Shown: positions 19,601 to 31,169, counted from the first letter of the stretch. The stretch: 64,000 nt of DNA from an uncultured virus (IMG/VR IMGVR_UViG_3300020411_003822) (IMGVR_UViG_3300020411_003822), one strand, 5' to 3'. Numbers and translations: made by a program. Notes: a model not told the origin generated them from the sequence alone.

Positions 19601-20297
19601 CAATGAACTCGTGATAAAGCACGAGGATGAGGAAAAAATACAATCTCTCGGAGAGATTGTGAGGAAATACATTGAAGGGGGGGAAGAAGGTAAGTTCTTT
19701 GGACACATTCTTCCAGAACCTGAATATGAGGAAAATGAGAAAGGCGGCAGATACGAAAATATGCCAGCCTGGTGGAATTGGAGAATCGAAAATTGGGGTA
19801 CTAAATGGGATGCAAGTTTTGGAGACAACACTTCAGGCTATTCTCCCGTGAAAGGTTCAATGATTGGACGGGATGGATCCCTATGCTTGAACTTCGATAC
19901 TGCCTGGTCTCCACCATTTGGAGTGGTTGCAGAACTAATTAAACAAGGATTTCATGTAGAACACACTTACATGGAGCAAGGAATGGATTTTTGGGGTTGG
20001 GAAATCAACGGAGAAGTGATCGCAGATTCAGAAACACTTGTGGGTATGTCAGAATACTCTGTAGACTGTTTTGGTAACACCTATGCAGAATGGGATGAAC
20101 TCCCAGACGGAGCAATCGGAAAAGGTGTAGTCCAAGAAAAAGAAGTAGAGTTTGCTGATGGCAACAAATATACCTTCAAGAACTACGAGCATGACTGGGA
20201 ATTTGACGAAGAAAGATCCAAAATAAAGGCCCAACAACTCGGCATAACCGAGGAAGTTTGGGAAAGATGCAACCTCGCAGAAATTAGAGGAGGCTAA
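19584..20297 (+). CDS. DUF1281/YubB ferredoxin-like domain protein
   Basis: MPNWCNN...WNWRIENWGTKWD...FDTAWSPP. Confidence 0.8.
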   Translation: MPNWCNNELVIKHEDEEKIQSLGEIVRKYIEGGEEGKFFGHILPEPEYEENEKGGRYENMPAWWNWRIENWGTKWDASFGDNTSGYSPVKGSMIGRDGSLCLNFDTAWSPPFGVVAELIKQGFHVEHTYMEQGMDFWGWEINGEVIADSETLVGMSEYSVDCFGNTYAEWDELPDGAIGKGVVQEKEVEFADGNKYTFKNYEHDWEFDEERSKIKAQQLGITEEVWERCNLAEIRGG

Positions 20298-20312
20298 ATG
20301 AATAAACTGAAC

Positions 20313-21326
20313 ATGACGCAAATGACACTACCAGTTATTGCAAAGGAGCCAGTCCGCAATTTTACATTGGGACAGGGCAAGGAGAAAATTCCACGCAGAG
20401 AATTTGACAAAGGAATTGTAAGGGTAAAGGAGAACAACAAGACAGAACCCAATGTTACTGATACCGTAGAAGGCTGCACAGGCGGTTGCTACGGTTGTTA
20501 TGCCGCAAGAAGCATGAAAGTAAACATGGGTCGGAGAAAGTTCCACCTCCCAGTAATACAATCGTTGGTGCCGGAAATAGTTCAATACGACCTAATGAAA
20601 ATGGTCGAAAAGAACCCGCGCCTTGATTGGCTGAGAAATGGAGTATTTGGAGATCCTTCCTTAGATTGGGAAAGCGCAGCACAATTGTCTGAAGCTGCAG
20701 GGATGATAGGAATCAGAACCGTAATCATCTCGAAGTTTTGGACATTGCCAACAGATGAGCAACTTATCCGAATGGCATTAAGCGGCGCAATCATACATTT
20801 CAGCCTGATTCCAGGCTACGAATGGAGTCCAGACCTTGTAATCGGCAGAGCCGAGAAAAACAGAGTCAGGGACATTGTCAGTAAACTCATCGCATTTGAT
20901 GAAATGACAAGGCCGAGCGGTGCTAAAGAAGCTGACTCGGTAATCATTCGAATCTGCAGTGCGAAATTTGATAGAAGTACAGATGAGGGTAAGAAAATGG
21001 ACGACACTCAGAACTTTTTCACAGCAATGTGTGAGAGTCAAGGGTGGAGAATACTTGAAACACCCTGGAAGTTCGAAGGGTCATCTGACCCTCGATGGAA
21101 TTACCTCGACCATGAAGCAATGGGACGCACAAAATCCTATTCGACTGGTGAAGCAGGTAGAAAGAAGACAGCAGGGCCGATAATTTTCGATGGCGACAAA
21201 TACGCAGATTGGGAGACATTTGCAATTGCATGCGATACAACATGCGATGTATGTCCTAATCAATGCGGAACAACCGTTGAATATCCTATACAAATATTGG
21301 GAGCAAAAGTGGCAACTGTAAACTGA
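20313..21326 (+). CDS. Radical-SAM-like / phage gp88-like Fe-S protein
   Basis: CTGGCYGCYA (CxxxCxxC), R.GVFGDP, C-terminal CxxxCxxCxxxC. Confidence 0.6.
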   Translation: MTQMTLPVIAKEPVRNFTLGQGKEKIPRREFDKGIVRVKENNKTEPNVTDTVEGCTGGCYGCYAARSMKVNMGRRKFHLPVIQSLVPEIVQYDLMKMVEKNPRLDWLRNGVFGDPSLDWESAAQLSEAAGMIGIRTVIISKFWTLPTDEQLIRMALSGAIIHFSLIPGYEWSPDLVIGRAEKNRVRDIVSKLIAFDEMTRPSGAKEADSVIIRICSAKFDRSTDEGKKMDDTQNFFTAMCESQGWRILETPWKFEGSSDPRWNYLDHEAMGRTKSYSTGEAGRKKTAGPIIFDGDKYADWETFAIACDTTCDVCPNQCGTTVEYPIQILGAKVATVN

Positions 21327-21687
21327 ACATGACCGATGAGAAATTGGCAGAAGATGGAATACCCGTCAAAACCTGGATTGAGTATACTTCTGAATTTTCA
21401 GGAAGATTAGACGCACAGGAAGAGTTGGTATTGAACAATTTACGATGCGCAAAGTTGTGGGTTAAGCACAATTTGGGCGAAGAATGGCATTACTCAGGGA
21501 TCCATGCGAGGCACATGTATTGCTTTACTGGACCAATGATGTGGGCCATGCAAGTAGAGGAATTCATAATCGACATCAACAAGATGGGTTTACTTTACAA
21601 GAACTGGGTCGCAAATCTACCGGTTGATACTGATGTAATTCCGATTCATTGGTGGGATAACGCAGACGAGCGACCAGATAACTGAAC

Positions 21688-22593
21688 ATGACACAACCAT
21701 TGAAAATGAGATTGTGGGAATATCTCAAGGAGAAGAAAACACTCGTAGAGATATATGAGGCATTTGAAGAGAAGCCATCCACCATTAGGGGACGGCTGAA
21801 TGAGAACATTGGAATTTGCTTCAAAAGATTAGGGCGAGGCATCTACATTGCAACAGATGGAGAGGTTCAAGCCCTAATTATCAATGGAGATTTCAACGAA
21901 GTGATTGACGACCTTGAGGATTCATGCGTTGATCACATCATTATGGATTCTCCGTATGCAATTTTAGACAAGCAGATGTCATGGGGAACAACTCGTAAGA
22001 GAAACCTCAACGGCGGCTGGGAGTTTGAAACAATGGACATGAATGTTCAAATGTACAGGAAATTGCTACGGGTATTGAAACCAGGAGGGCACATGTTCTC
22101 CTTCATGCCCGCAAGCGCAAGCGATACACACGAATACATTGAAGGTCAAATCCAAATGGCTATCGAAGCCGGCTGGGATTACAACCGAGGATGGGTTTGG
22201 GACAAAGGACACATGGGAATGGGTTACAATGGCCGAGCAAGGCACGAACTGATCCAATTTTTCTCAAAGGGTAATAGGAAACTATACCCTGCTGGGCATC
22301 CCATGAGAAGAACTCCAGATGTTCTAAGGCACATCAGAGAACACAAGAAATACAGAAAGCACGAAACTCAGAAACCAATTGATTTGATTGCAGAACTGAT
22401 AGAATTCAGCACACTTCCAGGTGATGTTGTACTTGATCCATTTGCTGGGTCTCTTTCAACTGCAGCGGCAGCGTTGCAAACTGGAAGGAATTCGATTTCT
22501 ATTGAACTCGACAACAATATGATTCGTAGATGTTGCGGAATTACTGAACACTATGTGGAACAAGAAAACCCGCAAAAGGAGATGGATGCGTGA
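21688..22593 (+). CDS. DNA methyltransferase (N4/N6, beta class)
   Basis: DSPY, HETQKP, VLDPFAGS. Confidence 0.9.
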   Translation: MTQPLKMRLWEYLKEKKTLVEIYEAFEEKPSTIRGRLNENIGICFKRLGRGIYIATDGEVQALIINGDFNEVIDDLEDSCVDHIIMDSPYAILDKQMSWGTTRKRNLNGGWEFETMDMNVQMYRKLLRVLKPGGHMFSFMPASASDTHEYIEGQIQMAIEAGWDYNRGWVWDKGHMGMGYNGRARHELIQFFSKGNRKLYPAGHPMRRTPDVLRHIREHKKYRKHETQKPIDLIAELIEFSTLPGDVVLDPFAGSLSTAAAALQTGRNSISIELDNNMIRRCCGITEHYVEQENPQKEMDA

Positions 22594-22792
22594 AGCATTG
22601 AATGAAAGAGGTCCATTGACTGCAAAGGATTTAGTGTTGCATCTCGCAACAAAATACAGGGACATTGCCTTTAATGAAATTTGCAACATATTGGCCAAAT
22701 ATCCTGAGTTCATCAAGGTAGGCTACATTAGCCCCTATGAAAGCACAGCAAATAAAGTTCCACTATGGGGCGTTGCAAAGGAAGATGAATAA
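22553..22792 (+). CDS. DUF3860-like winged-helix protein
   Basis: NEICNILAKYPEFIKVG..W; paralog of 38653. Confidence 0.6.
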   Translation: MWNKKTRKRRWMREALNERGPLTAKDLVLHLATKYRDIAFNEICNILAKYPEFIKVGYISPYESTANKVPLWGVAKEDE

Positions 22793-23423
22793 CTGAACAT
22801 GAACTTACGGAAAGGCAGAGCATATCGCTTTGGAGAGATGTTGGGATTTGTAATAGCACATCTCATCATATTGGTTTGGTTCAAACCAAGACAGTTAATC
22901 AGAAATTGGAGGGGCAAAGGTGAATGAAGCTACACGCAACATCGTGCGGCCTATCTTCGGAACCATAGTGTTCGTCCCATTTCTGATTCTATGGTGTGTA
23001 TTGACAAACCAAGATATTGAGATATTTGGATGGTTTACGATTTATTCAACAATTGCATTTATCCCAATTTACTGGGGATATGAACAAATATCAAATCATT
23101 TTGAAAACTGAACATGGACGACAACGAACTATTCGTAATGGGGTTCACAGGAGAAGAGGTAAAAGCATTAATCTCAATGACTACAAAGGGATTTACATTC
23201 AACCTCGACCTACTTGATCATGTCATCGGCAGTGATGCCTATGCAGATGAAGTAGGAGTATGGAGCAGAGCGGAGACAATGTCTTCAGCATTGATTGTGT
23301 ACAAGGCATATCAAATGACATATGGTGTAAGTGCCATAGTCAAGCATGCTGGTAATCAATTGTGGGTGTGGAAAGCACCACAACGCACAATAGACCATGA
23401 GATGCTAACGGCTTAAACTGAAC

Positions 23424-24353
23424 ATGATGATACCAGTAGTGACACTACTTGGATTGGATAAGGACCCACAACGGTGGGACGCATATGATTGGGAGCGTTC
23501 AACAATAGATGAACACTGCCCAGAACTAACGAAGATTGATATTGAAGAATCAGTCGATTTGATGTTCAAATGTGCCGACATATACGATATTGCAATACCT
23601 CGATACTACTTCGTTCCAGAAGAAAATATGGAAGAAGGGGTGAGAGGAACAGCAGAGAGGGATAAATGCGTCAGGTTAAGCCTGACAGCACCAACTCATG
23701 TTGCGATACACGAAATGGCGCACATAATTGTATATCAGAAAAAACAATGCGGTGTAGAAGCACATGGAAAGGAGTTCTGTGGGGTTTTGGCCTTCCTCTA
23801 TGAGAGGCTTGGCTTTTGGCCACCACAAATAGAACACCAGGATATTGAAATCATGGACCGTGAGGAACTGTTCGATGCCGAACTACTTCCTGAATCTGAA
23901 TACAGTTTCAACAACCAAGTAAAACGCTGGTTGAGAACAAACGGCAGAATCGATAGGATCAACAAAGGATTGACTGCTTCGTTAGAAGAGCAAATGAAAG
24001 CATATTGCAAGGAAAACCCAGATGCTACTTGGCTTTCCCATGCATTAGATGCTGGGGCAACTCCCACAATGGTGATTGGAGAGCCACATAATGACGATTT
24101 CCTTGAATTTGCAATTAATCCATGCCACACCTTCGGGTTAGTGGGTGCATGGCAGTGTAGCACTTTTGAGGACTTCAAGAAAATTGTAAAGAAAAACGGA
24201 GTGAACAAAACTCTCAATGCTTTCAAGAACATAGTGATGGAAGAAATTGAGGGACAGTACGAAGAATACATCTCGTACAACTACGGAGAGTTCTTTTGCA
24301 TAGAAGAAGAAGAAGAAACTGAACATGTTACGAAATTGGCACACATTTGCTGA
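23424..24353 (+). CDS. HEXXH zinc metallopeptidase (SprT-like)
   Basis: IHEMAHII...HGKEF. Confidence 0.7.
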   Translation: MMIPVVTLLGLDKDPQRWDAYDWERSTIDEHCPELTKIDIEESVDLMFKCADIYDIAIPRYYFVPEENMEEGVRGTAERDKCVRLSLTAPTHVAIHEMAHIIVYQKKQCGVEAHGKEFCGVLAFLYERLGFWPPQIEHQDIEIMDREELFDAELLPESEYSFNNQVKRWLRTNGRIDRINKGLTASLEEQMKAYCKENPDATWLSHALDAGATPTMVIGEPHNDDFLEFAINPCHTFGLVGAWQCSTFEDFKKIVKKNGVNKTLNAFKNIVMEEIEGQYEEYISYNYGEFFCIEEEEETEHVTKLAHIC

Positions 24354-24897
24354 TGGGAGAATGGATGCTCGAACCGCTGAAAGCGTGCTTCGAGATATGA
24401 CAATGATCAGTTCGAAGGTGTTTCCCACTGATGACGGAGTTGGATGGGAAGTTGTAATTGACTACAAAGAAAATCAATACAGAGTTACACACGACAACTG
24501 TTTCTGGAGCGTAAACTATAGCACAAAGGAGGGGTTAATCGAACTTCTAAGTGCGGCTAAATCTCTAACAAAAAGAGACAGAGGTTTACATTTGATTATC
24601 TCATACATGGAACAAGGAGATCACGGAATGACTCACATGGAAGACATTCGGAGGGATTTCTCATTGTAGAATGTGTTAGATGCAAAGAAGATGAACCCAA
24701 TGAAAAATTATTGACGACAAACAAATTAGGTCAGCCTGTGCACAAAAACAGGTGCATGGCCAATACGGCACCACGCTGCATTTTTCACATAAATGGATGC
24801 AAAGGCAGGCAAGGAAACAACATGCATGGGGTTTGCGACAAACATTACGATGAATGGTGCGAGTCATATCGTCAAGCTTGGGAAAAGAAAACTGAAC

Positions 24898-25812
24898 ATG
24901 GGCAACGGATTCAAAACGAGGAAGATGCAGAGGAAAAGAAAACAAGATTGGGAAAACAGGAACAAAAAGAAAAAAGATTTCTTGATTTCCCTATCAAGAG
25001 ACGAATTAGCAGATTTGTACGAAAGAACAAAGCCAAAATGGACTGAGTTCGAAGTATTGGAAGGTGAAGCAGAGAAAAGAGGGGCAGATGAGGCTTGGAT
25101 AAACAGCCGATACGCTGTCTTCGTTTATCATGCCAATAACCGACTGAATAAAGTGCAAAACTGGAGTTTGATGCTCGATGAAGAGAATGCGGAGAAAATG
25201 AAGAAAGGAATGCCCGAATTTTATGATAGGTATTTCAATCCAGAAAACGCAACTGGATACATTCACCTTTCAATTCGCTCTCGTGAAAACGACCATTTGG
25301 CACATGACTGGAGAGATCTGATGCGAATCAAGAACGAACTGGTTGGTCCGGATAGAGAGGCAGTAGAAGTGTATCCTTCAATGAACAGGATTCACGACAC
25401 AGCAAATCAATTTCACTTATGGGTGTTACCCGAAGGAGAAATGACGCCTGCTGGATGGTTAAGTGCAGAAATTGTACACAAGCACCAAATTGAGCAATCA
25501 ACAAACCCGTTTATCCAAAAGGGTAATCAAAGAGAATTCGAAGAAGGATTTCTTGGAGAGTTTGAAGAACAGGCAAGAGTTGATGTTGATACTCATCCTG
25601 GCTACACACTCGAAACAGTCGAGAGAATGAAAAAGGAACTCGAAGATACTGAACATGAATTGCAGATGCAATCAAGGAGGAAACTGAAATGGGTAGTTTC
25701 AGTTGGACATGTTGCTGCGGGTGTGGCAGAGAAATCACCCCTGACTACAACGGGCGACAGGAGTATGACTGCGAAAGATGCGGCGAAAAAGTGCTTGAAG
25801 GAAAGGAAATAA
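24898..25812 (+). CDS. Conserved phage protein (DUF7694-like)
   Basis: HLSI...DWRDLMRIKNELVG..EAVEVYP...HLW; reads through the motif at 25648. Confidence 0.65.
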   Translation: MGNGFKTRKMQRKRKQDWENRNKKKKDFLISLSRDELADLYERTKPKWTEFEVLEGEAEKRGADEAWINSRYAVFVYHANNRLNKVQNWSLMLDEENAEKMKKGMPEFYDRYFNPENATGYIHLSIRSRENDHLAHDWRDLMRIKNELVGPDREAVEVYPSMNRIHDTANQFHLWVLPEGEMTPAGWLSAEIVHKHQIEQSTNPFIQKGNQREFEEGFLGEFEEQARVDVDTHPGYTLETVERMKKELEDTEHELQMQSRRKLKWVVSVGHVAAGVAEKSPLTTTGDRSMTAKDAAKKCLKERK

Positions 25813-26351
25813 TCGTTTTGATGCCTGATGGTAAAAACATCGAAGGGCACTATGGCGATTATGGAAACATAGAGCAAGACGGAGAAACTGTTCTTGAAAT
25901 GTTTGCATGGGTTGCTAAAGCCAATGTAGAAGGTTTCAATGACAATGAACCTAATTCAAATGAATTCTGGGAAGCAACCCGTGATCATCGGGATTGCCAC
26001 AAAGATGATGGCGAAGAAAAAGCCAGAATTGCTGGGATTTACGGAGACAGTCGCCGCAGACACAAAGAAACAGGCGAAATACTCACAGAAGAAGAATTCA
26101 GAAAACTGGAAGGTTGGGGAACAAGAGAGTTTTGGGACACAACTGGAAATGAGTATGAACAAATCAATGTTGGATACAAATTCCCAATCAAAATGGGATG
26201 GAAATACTGTTTGAAGATAGAGGACAACTACGAGGATTTTGAGCAATCAGAACCAGCACCAAATCAAGGATTCGGGAACATACACAAACTCGAATGCTGT
26301 GGTATGCTGGTTTGCTCAGAGTGTACGGACTCTTGTTGCGACAGATACTGA
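25689..26351 (+). CDS. Cys-rich hypothetical protein
   Basis: MGSFSWTCCCGC...GHYGDYG; ACTGAA-ATG variant start. Confidence 0.65.
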   Translation: MGSFSWTCCCGCGREITPDYNGRQEYDCERCGEKVLEGKEIIVLMPDGKNIEGHYGDYGNIEQDGETVLEMFAWVAKANVEGFNDNEPNSNEFWEATRDHRDCHKDDGEEKARIAGIYGDSRRRHKETGEILTEEEFRKLEGWGTREFWDTTGNEYEQINVGYKFPIKMGWKYCLKIEDNYEDFEQSEPAPNQGFGNIHKLECCGMLVCSECTDSCCDRY

Positions 26352-26353
26352 AC

Positions 26354-27229
26354 ATGACCAGTAAGTTACTCTACAGAGAACTGGTGAGGACGGAAATGAG
26401 TTGTGTGCCAACAGGCGAACACCACATAACAAAGATTTACGATTTCGTAAAAAAGGGATACCCAGAATTGTGCGATGATTCAATCGAGTGCAAATGGCAA
26501 CCTCCACAGGCAGCATGGAAGCATAAAGTGCGTAATGTGATAACGAGATTGAAGAAGACAGGAAGAATCGACAACGAAGAACTCGGAAGAGGTTGGTATC
26601 GAATCACTTTGAATATCCGATGGGATGAGAAGGTGATACTCGATGCTTGTTGTGGAGGGCGTCAAATGTGGCATCGCTCTAACAAAGAGCACCCAAATGC
26701 CCTGTTTATGGACATAAGACAAACAGAACAGGGCTGTATTGAACAGCAACCTAATTTCCAAGTAAAGCCCGACATATTGGGTGATTATAGAGATATGAGG
26801 GGGATTCCAACAAACACATTTTACCATGTGGCTTGGGACATACCTCATTTATTGAAATGGACAAAAGGTCTGATTACAACCAAATACGGTGCATTAGATC
26901 AAGGAAGTGGCAATTGGCAAGATGACTTGCGAAGGGGTTTCGAAGAAATCTGGAGAGTGTTGAAAATGAATGGGACACTGGTATTCAAGTACAACGACTT
27001 GAATATCTTGGCATCAGAAATGTTGTCTATTTTCCCAGTAGATCCACTTTACGGAGCATTGACGAAGAAAGGTGTAAACAACACCTTCTTTTTCGTTTTC
27101 ATGAAACTACCGGAAGATTGCCAACCTCTGCTCGATACAAGAGTCATAGAGGAAATGGATTACGACATCACTCTATTATTGAAAGAGATGAGAACTGAAC
27201 ATGGCTATATTGAGCAAAAAGCACGGTAG
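26354..27229 (+). CDS. SAM-dependent (DNA) methyltransferase with N-terminal wHTH
   Basis: ILDACCGGRQMW, WDIPH, EIWRVLKMNGTLVFK. Confidence 0.8.
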   Translation: MTSKLLYRELVRTEMSCVPTGEHHITKIYDFVKKGYPELCDDSIECKWQPPQAAWKHKVRNVITRLKKTGRIDNEELGRGWYRITLNIRWDEKVILDACCGGRQMWHRSNKEHPNALFMDIRQTEQGCIEQQPNFQVKPDILGDYRDMRGIPTNTFYHVAWDIPHLLKWTKGLITTKYGALDQGSGNWQDDLRRGFEEIWRVLKMNGTLVFKYNDLNILASEMLSIFPVDPLYGALTKKGVNNTFFFVFMKLPEDCQPLLDTRVIEEMDYDITLLLKEMRTEHGYIEQKAR

Positions 27230-27473
27230 GCTTAGGAAATGGCTTGTTGTTTGCCTTGAAGAAAAAGGCGAAGCATCAACTGGAGAAATTTACGATTTTG
27301 TAAACGACAAATTAAGATATGGTGTGACTATGAACCAACTTGGAAATTTTTTGGCGAGAGATCCAAGAATCGAAAAGTTGGGCGTTGTCGATAGATACAA
27401 TCTTGATCACCGAGTCAGACAACAAATATGGAGAATAAAAACTGAACATGACAAGTTTGAGAGAACATGTTAG
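27201..27473 (+). CDS. DUF3860-like winged-helix protein
   Basis: RYGVTMNQLGNFLARDPRIEKLG. Confidence 0.7.
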   Translation: MAILSKKHGRLRKWLVVCLEEKGEASTGEIYDFVNDKLRYGVTMNQLGNFLARDPRIEKLGVVDRYNLDHRVRQQIWRIKTEHDKFERTC

Positions 27474-28062
27474 GGAGGAGCTTGAAAAGGCTCGAAAGTT
27501 CGGAGAGAAAGTCCGTAAGGAAATATCCGAAGAGAAATGGATGCTAACAAGATGGACAGAAGACAAAGAAGACACCTTCACTGTTGAAGGTGGAACTATC
27601 GAATTTCTTGAAAGCAAAAGAAAGAGTAAAGGAACCAAGTCACATTTTGGTGGATTTGCACTACTTTCAGCCAGGGATGCTATTCACGCTTTGGATAGTG
27701 CACATAATGACGCACATGGAAGAGGTGGATGGCATGATGGCACCAAGAGATCAAAATTGGACTATTCCAGCAAAAATGCTGGTAACAAAATCGATTGGGC
27801 CGAAATGCAACCAATGGTGTTTCCCGTCAGGCAGTGGGATAAGATGAACAAAATCATCAGAGAACTCGCCCAAGACATCAATGATGGAAAAATCAAAATG
27901 CATTTCCCAGAATATCAAATTGTAGTCAATGGATACTACATTTCATTCTTGGAAGCAATTGGAGCAAAGGCCGATGGTGCATTCGATAAATGGATGAAAA
28001 AAGACAAGGACGCAATGAGCAACCCAGTTTGGCTGGGGGCAAATTGGTACGAAAGATACTGA
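27448..28062 (+). CDS. Hypothetical protein
   Basis: Motif-bounded ORF. Confidence 0.7.
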   Translation: MTSLREHVREELEKARKFGEKVRKEISEEKWMLTRWTEDKEDTFTVEGGTIEFLESKRKSKGTKSHFGGFALLSARDAIHALDSAHNDAHGRGGWHDGTKRSKLDYSSKNAGNKIDWAEMQPMVFPVRQWDKMNKIIRELAQDINDGKIKMHFPEYQIVVNGYYISFLEAIGAKADGAFDKWMKKDKDAMSNPVWLGANWYERY

Positions 28063-28064
28063 AC

Positions 28065-28616
28065 ATGACATTGGAAGAATCAGTGTTAGGAGTGGTGGAG
28101 TTTAGCGACACCCTATGTGTAAGTGACCCTGGCTACGGTATAGGGACATGGTGCGGAGAGTTTGATCTTGGAATCAAACCAGGAAAATACAAGGGGACTA
28201 CCTTGCGCGGTGAATACGAAGCGTGGGGTGAAAGAAATTGGCGGATTATGGCCGTCAAAGAAGATGAAATCATTACTGAATGGGAATTCGTAAAGGAACT
28301 TGGCGTAGATAGTGCAAGCATGTCCATCGTTTGCGGGTCAAAGTACAACGATGAGCACTTGGACATGAGAAATATGATGGCACAATGCGTCAGCGCAGTC
28401 GTAGATGGCGTAGGCTTTGTTTGCGACAGCGGTCTGGGCGATGGAGGATACGGTTTGTATCAGGGCCGAAATATGGAAAACGAAGTATGCGCTGTGAGCG
28501 TATCTTTCTTGTTCCCCGAAGACAAATTCACCGAAGATGAAAGAGAAAGCGGAGTACGATACGATGATGAAAGACTCATCGGGTACGCTGCTGGCACCGA
28601 TTGGTGGAAAAACTGA
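28065..28616 (+). CDS. DUF4241-like protein
   Basis: VSDPGY, GVDSA, SGLGDGGY. Confidence 0.65.
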   Translation: MTLEESVLGVVEFSDTLCVSDPGYGIGTWCGEFDLGIKPGKYKGTTLRGEYEAWGERNWRIMAVKEDEIITEWEFVKELGVDSASMSIVCGSKYNDEHLDMRNMMAQCVSAVVDGVGFVCDSGLGDGGYGLYQGRNMENEVCAVSVSFLFPEDKFTEDERESGVRYDDERLIGYAAGTDWWKN

Positions 28617-28618
28617 AC

Positions 28619-29455
28619 ATGGCATTAACACTGAAAGGTAAGTTAGTGGAGTCATTAGACCATGAGCAAATCATTTTAGATTCGCAGAGTGGCATGAGTT
28701 ATGACAAAATAGGTGAAAAGCATGGTTGTTCAAAAGGGACAATCCATCGTGTTCTGAGTTACTATGATTGCCTGAAATACAAAAAGCAATCATTTAGTGA
28801 AATGACAGAACTTGGTAAACGCAGAGGTTGGTCTTGTGGAAGGCCTATGACAAAATACAAAGGCGGATACCCAAATGGATTCTTGAAAAGATTGGACAAA
28901 GCAATGCAAATCACAGAGGACGATAAAGTCCTTCACCTATTTTCAGGAAGTATTCAAGGCAGAGAGAATGAAGATACAATGGATATTCAAGAAAAGAACA
29001 ATCCAACATTTCTTGCCGATGCAAGAGAAACATTCCCTATGGAGGACAACACTTACGATTACACAATATCAGATCCTCCGTATGACCTTGAAGAAAAAAG
29101 CGAAAACAAGGTGGTTCAAATCCATTACAGCAATCCGCTGTGGGAAACAGAACCAATCAAACCATATGCGTGGTTAGATGAAGCAGTAAGGGTGACGAAG
29201 CCTGGTGGTTTCATTTGCATTCTACATCATTTGGTTTACAAGACACCAAAAATACCTGGGACGAAAATCAACAGTTGTCGCAGATTTATGCAAGTGTCTG
29301 TAACATGTGGGCCAAACACCAGAGTTAGGATGCTGAGTATTTTTCAAAAATTAACTGAAAAAGAAATCGAAATAGAGCGTAAGAAAGACGCACTACAAAA
29401 GGCATTAGAAGATGTCATCATACCAGAAACTGAACATGAACCGAAAGGAGCGTAA
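28619..29455 (+). CDS. Adenine DNA methyltransferase-like protein with N-terminal HTH
   Basis: GGYP, LHLFSG, SDPPY, RVTKPGG. Confidence 0.8.
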   Translation: MALTLKGKLVESLDHEQIILDSQSGMSYDKIGEKHGCSKGTIHRVLSYYDCLKYKKQSFSEMTELGKRRGWSCGRPMTKYKGGYPNGFLKRLDKAMQITEDDKVLHLFSGSIQGRENEDTMDIQEKNNPTFLADARETFPMEDNTYDYTISDPPYDLEEKSENKVVQIHYSNPLWETEPIKPYAWLDEAVRVTKPGGFICILHHLVYKTPKIPGTKINSCRRFMQVSVTCGPNTRVRMLSIFQKLTEKEIEIERKKDALQKALEDVIIPETEHEPKGA

Positions 29456-30356
29456 GCGACTGGAGAGGAAAATGAAAAGGAACGAGAAAATCCTACCCCC
29501 TCTCGGTGTATTCGAAGATCCACCTTATCGAGCCCAAGAAACTGAATCTTGGAAATTGGCGAAAGGTGGACCTAACGAAGCGAGAGGATGGTTTAGTGGA
29601 ATAACCCCGCTACCAGATGGAATCTGGATTCTAAAGCGTGGTGAAACTACATGGATGAGTAATTCTCCTTTGGAAAGAGAAAGCCAATACCTGCCGATTT
29701 TAGCGGCCACAGGTAATGTGGTTGTAGGCGGACTTGGCATGGGATGGGTTGCATGGAACATGGCAATCAAACCCGATGTGGAGAGAGTAATCGTAATCGA
29801 AATGGATGATGAATTAGCTGATGCATTCCCTGCAATGTTGGGAATGGATTCGGAAGATGAATTGCCATTCGAAATATATCGAGGAAATGCTCTCACTACA
29901 ACAATAGACGATCTCGGCCTTCAGCATGTAGATTTGCTTTACATGGACATTTGGCCGGACATAAATCAACCCGAAGCCCCAGAAGACACCAAAACTGCAT
30001 ATGGAAACATTCCCGCAGACAAGGTGTTCTGGTGGACACAAGAATTGGAAATCGCAGATTTTTCAGGTGAAAGAAGAGATATACACCCAGGAAATCCGTA
30101 TGTGACAGTGACCAGAAAAGATGTGAAGGATTACATCAAACACATTGGTCTGCCACTTTCGGGACCAGAACTGGTTGATAATTTCAATATCCTGGTAGAG
30201 CGAGCGAGATACCACACCAACATGACTGGCTTGGAACTTACAGCAGGCATACAGTTGGAAGAAAACGGTTATCCAAGAATTGTCCAATTAGGCGAATCAG
30301 GAGAATTTATCGTTCGCAGAGGAAATGAGTTTCACCGAATCGTCAAAGATTACTGA
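29436..30356 (+). CDS. Spermidine-synthase-like class I methyltransferase fold protein
   Basis: WMS...VVVGGLGMG...VIVIE...DIW. Confidence 0.7.
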   Translation: MNRKERKRLERKMKRNEKILPPLGVFEDPPYRAQETESWKLAKGGPNEARGWFSGITPLPDGIWILKRGETTWMSNSPLERESQYLPILAATGNVVVGGLGMGWVAWNMAIKPDVERVIVIEMDDELADAFPAMLGMDSEDELPFEIYRGNALTTTIDDLGLQHVDLLYMDIWPDINQPEAPEDTKTAYGNIPADKVFWWTQELEIADFSGERRDIHPGNPYVTVTRKDVKDYIKHIGLPLSGPELVDNFNILVERARYHTNMTGLELTAGIQLEENGYPRIVQLGESGEFIVRRGNEFHRIVKDY

Positions 30357-30404
30357 ACATACAACAACTGTTAGATTAAATAGAATGGATCAATCCGACT
30401 AAAC

Positions 30405-31169
30405 ATGCTTACAGAAGCAGATTGTTTGCCTACGGGCAAAGATGAGGAAGCAGAAATCGAAGTGGTAATCGATGCAATAAACCAGCATCTAATCCACAAC
30501 GAAATTACGCTATTGGAAGATGGAAAAGCGAGTATCGGCGGATATGTGTTTGACACGGAACTGCTATACTGCTATCAAAACAATGAGCATCATGAAGAAG
30601 GTTGGCTTTACAACCACATTATTGGAATGCTCATAGAGAAATCGGTAGGTGAATGGAGAAGTAAATACATCATTGGAGAAGCCGATGAATCAATCCTTGA
30701 GATTGCGATTGTATTCTCAGATCTTGGAAAACTATCCACATTGAAGGATAGTCCCAAGAAGACATGGGAAGATGGCACGCCACAAAGCACTGCGTTTGGG
30801 CACGACAAAGCTTCTGCAAAACTACTTGAAGAAGCGTGGACATTGGATCAAGAAACTAAGTATAGTGACGAAGGCGTTGCTTACAGAAATTTCATTGCAA
30901 TCCATTGGATTGTAGAGGAGCACATGAATGCTCACAAACTTGCAGAAATGGATGAACAAGGCAAAACCACAATTCCAGATTGGCTCATGCCCCAGGTCGA
31001 AGGACTTGAAGCATGGGACTGGCCTGAGTGGGCAGACCTTGAGATTCCTCACGGTGCGAACATGGGCAAGAAGGCATACGCTTGGATAAGGCGTGGAGCC
31101 AGCATATTGCTTCGTATCAAGCAAGAATGTGATGAATACGGAAGGATTTCAAAGCAATCCTTCAACTGA
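30405..31169 (+). CDS. HD-domain protein
   Basis: HHEEG..YNH, SDLGK, GHDKAS, HM, DEYGR. Confidence 0.7.
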   Translation: MLTEADCLPTGKDEEAEIEVVIDAINQHLIHNEITLLEDGKASIGGYVFDTELLYCYQNNEHHEEGWLYNHIIGMLIEKSVGEWRSKYIIGEADESILEIAIVFSDLGKLSTLKDSPKKTWEDGTPQSTAFGHDKASAKLLEEAWTLDQETKYSDEGVAYRNFIAIHWIVEEHMNAHKLAEMDEQGKTTIPDWLMPQVEGLEAWDWPEWADLEIPHGANMGKKAYAWIRRGASILLRIKQECDEYGRISKQSFN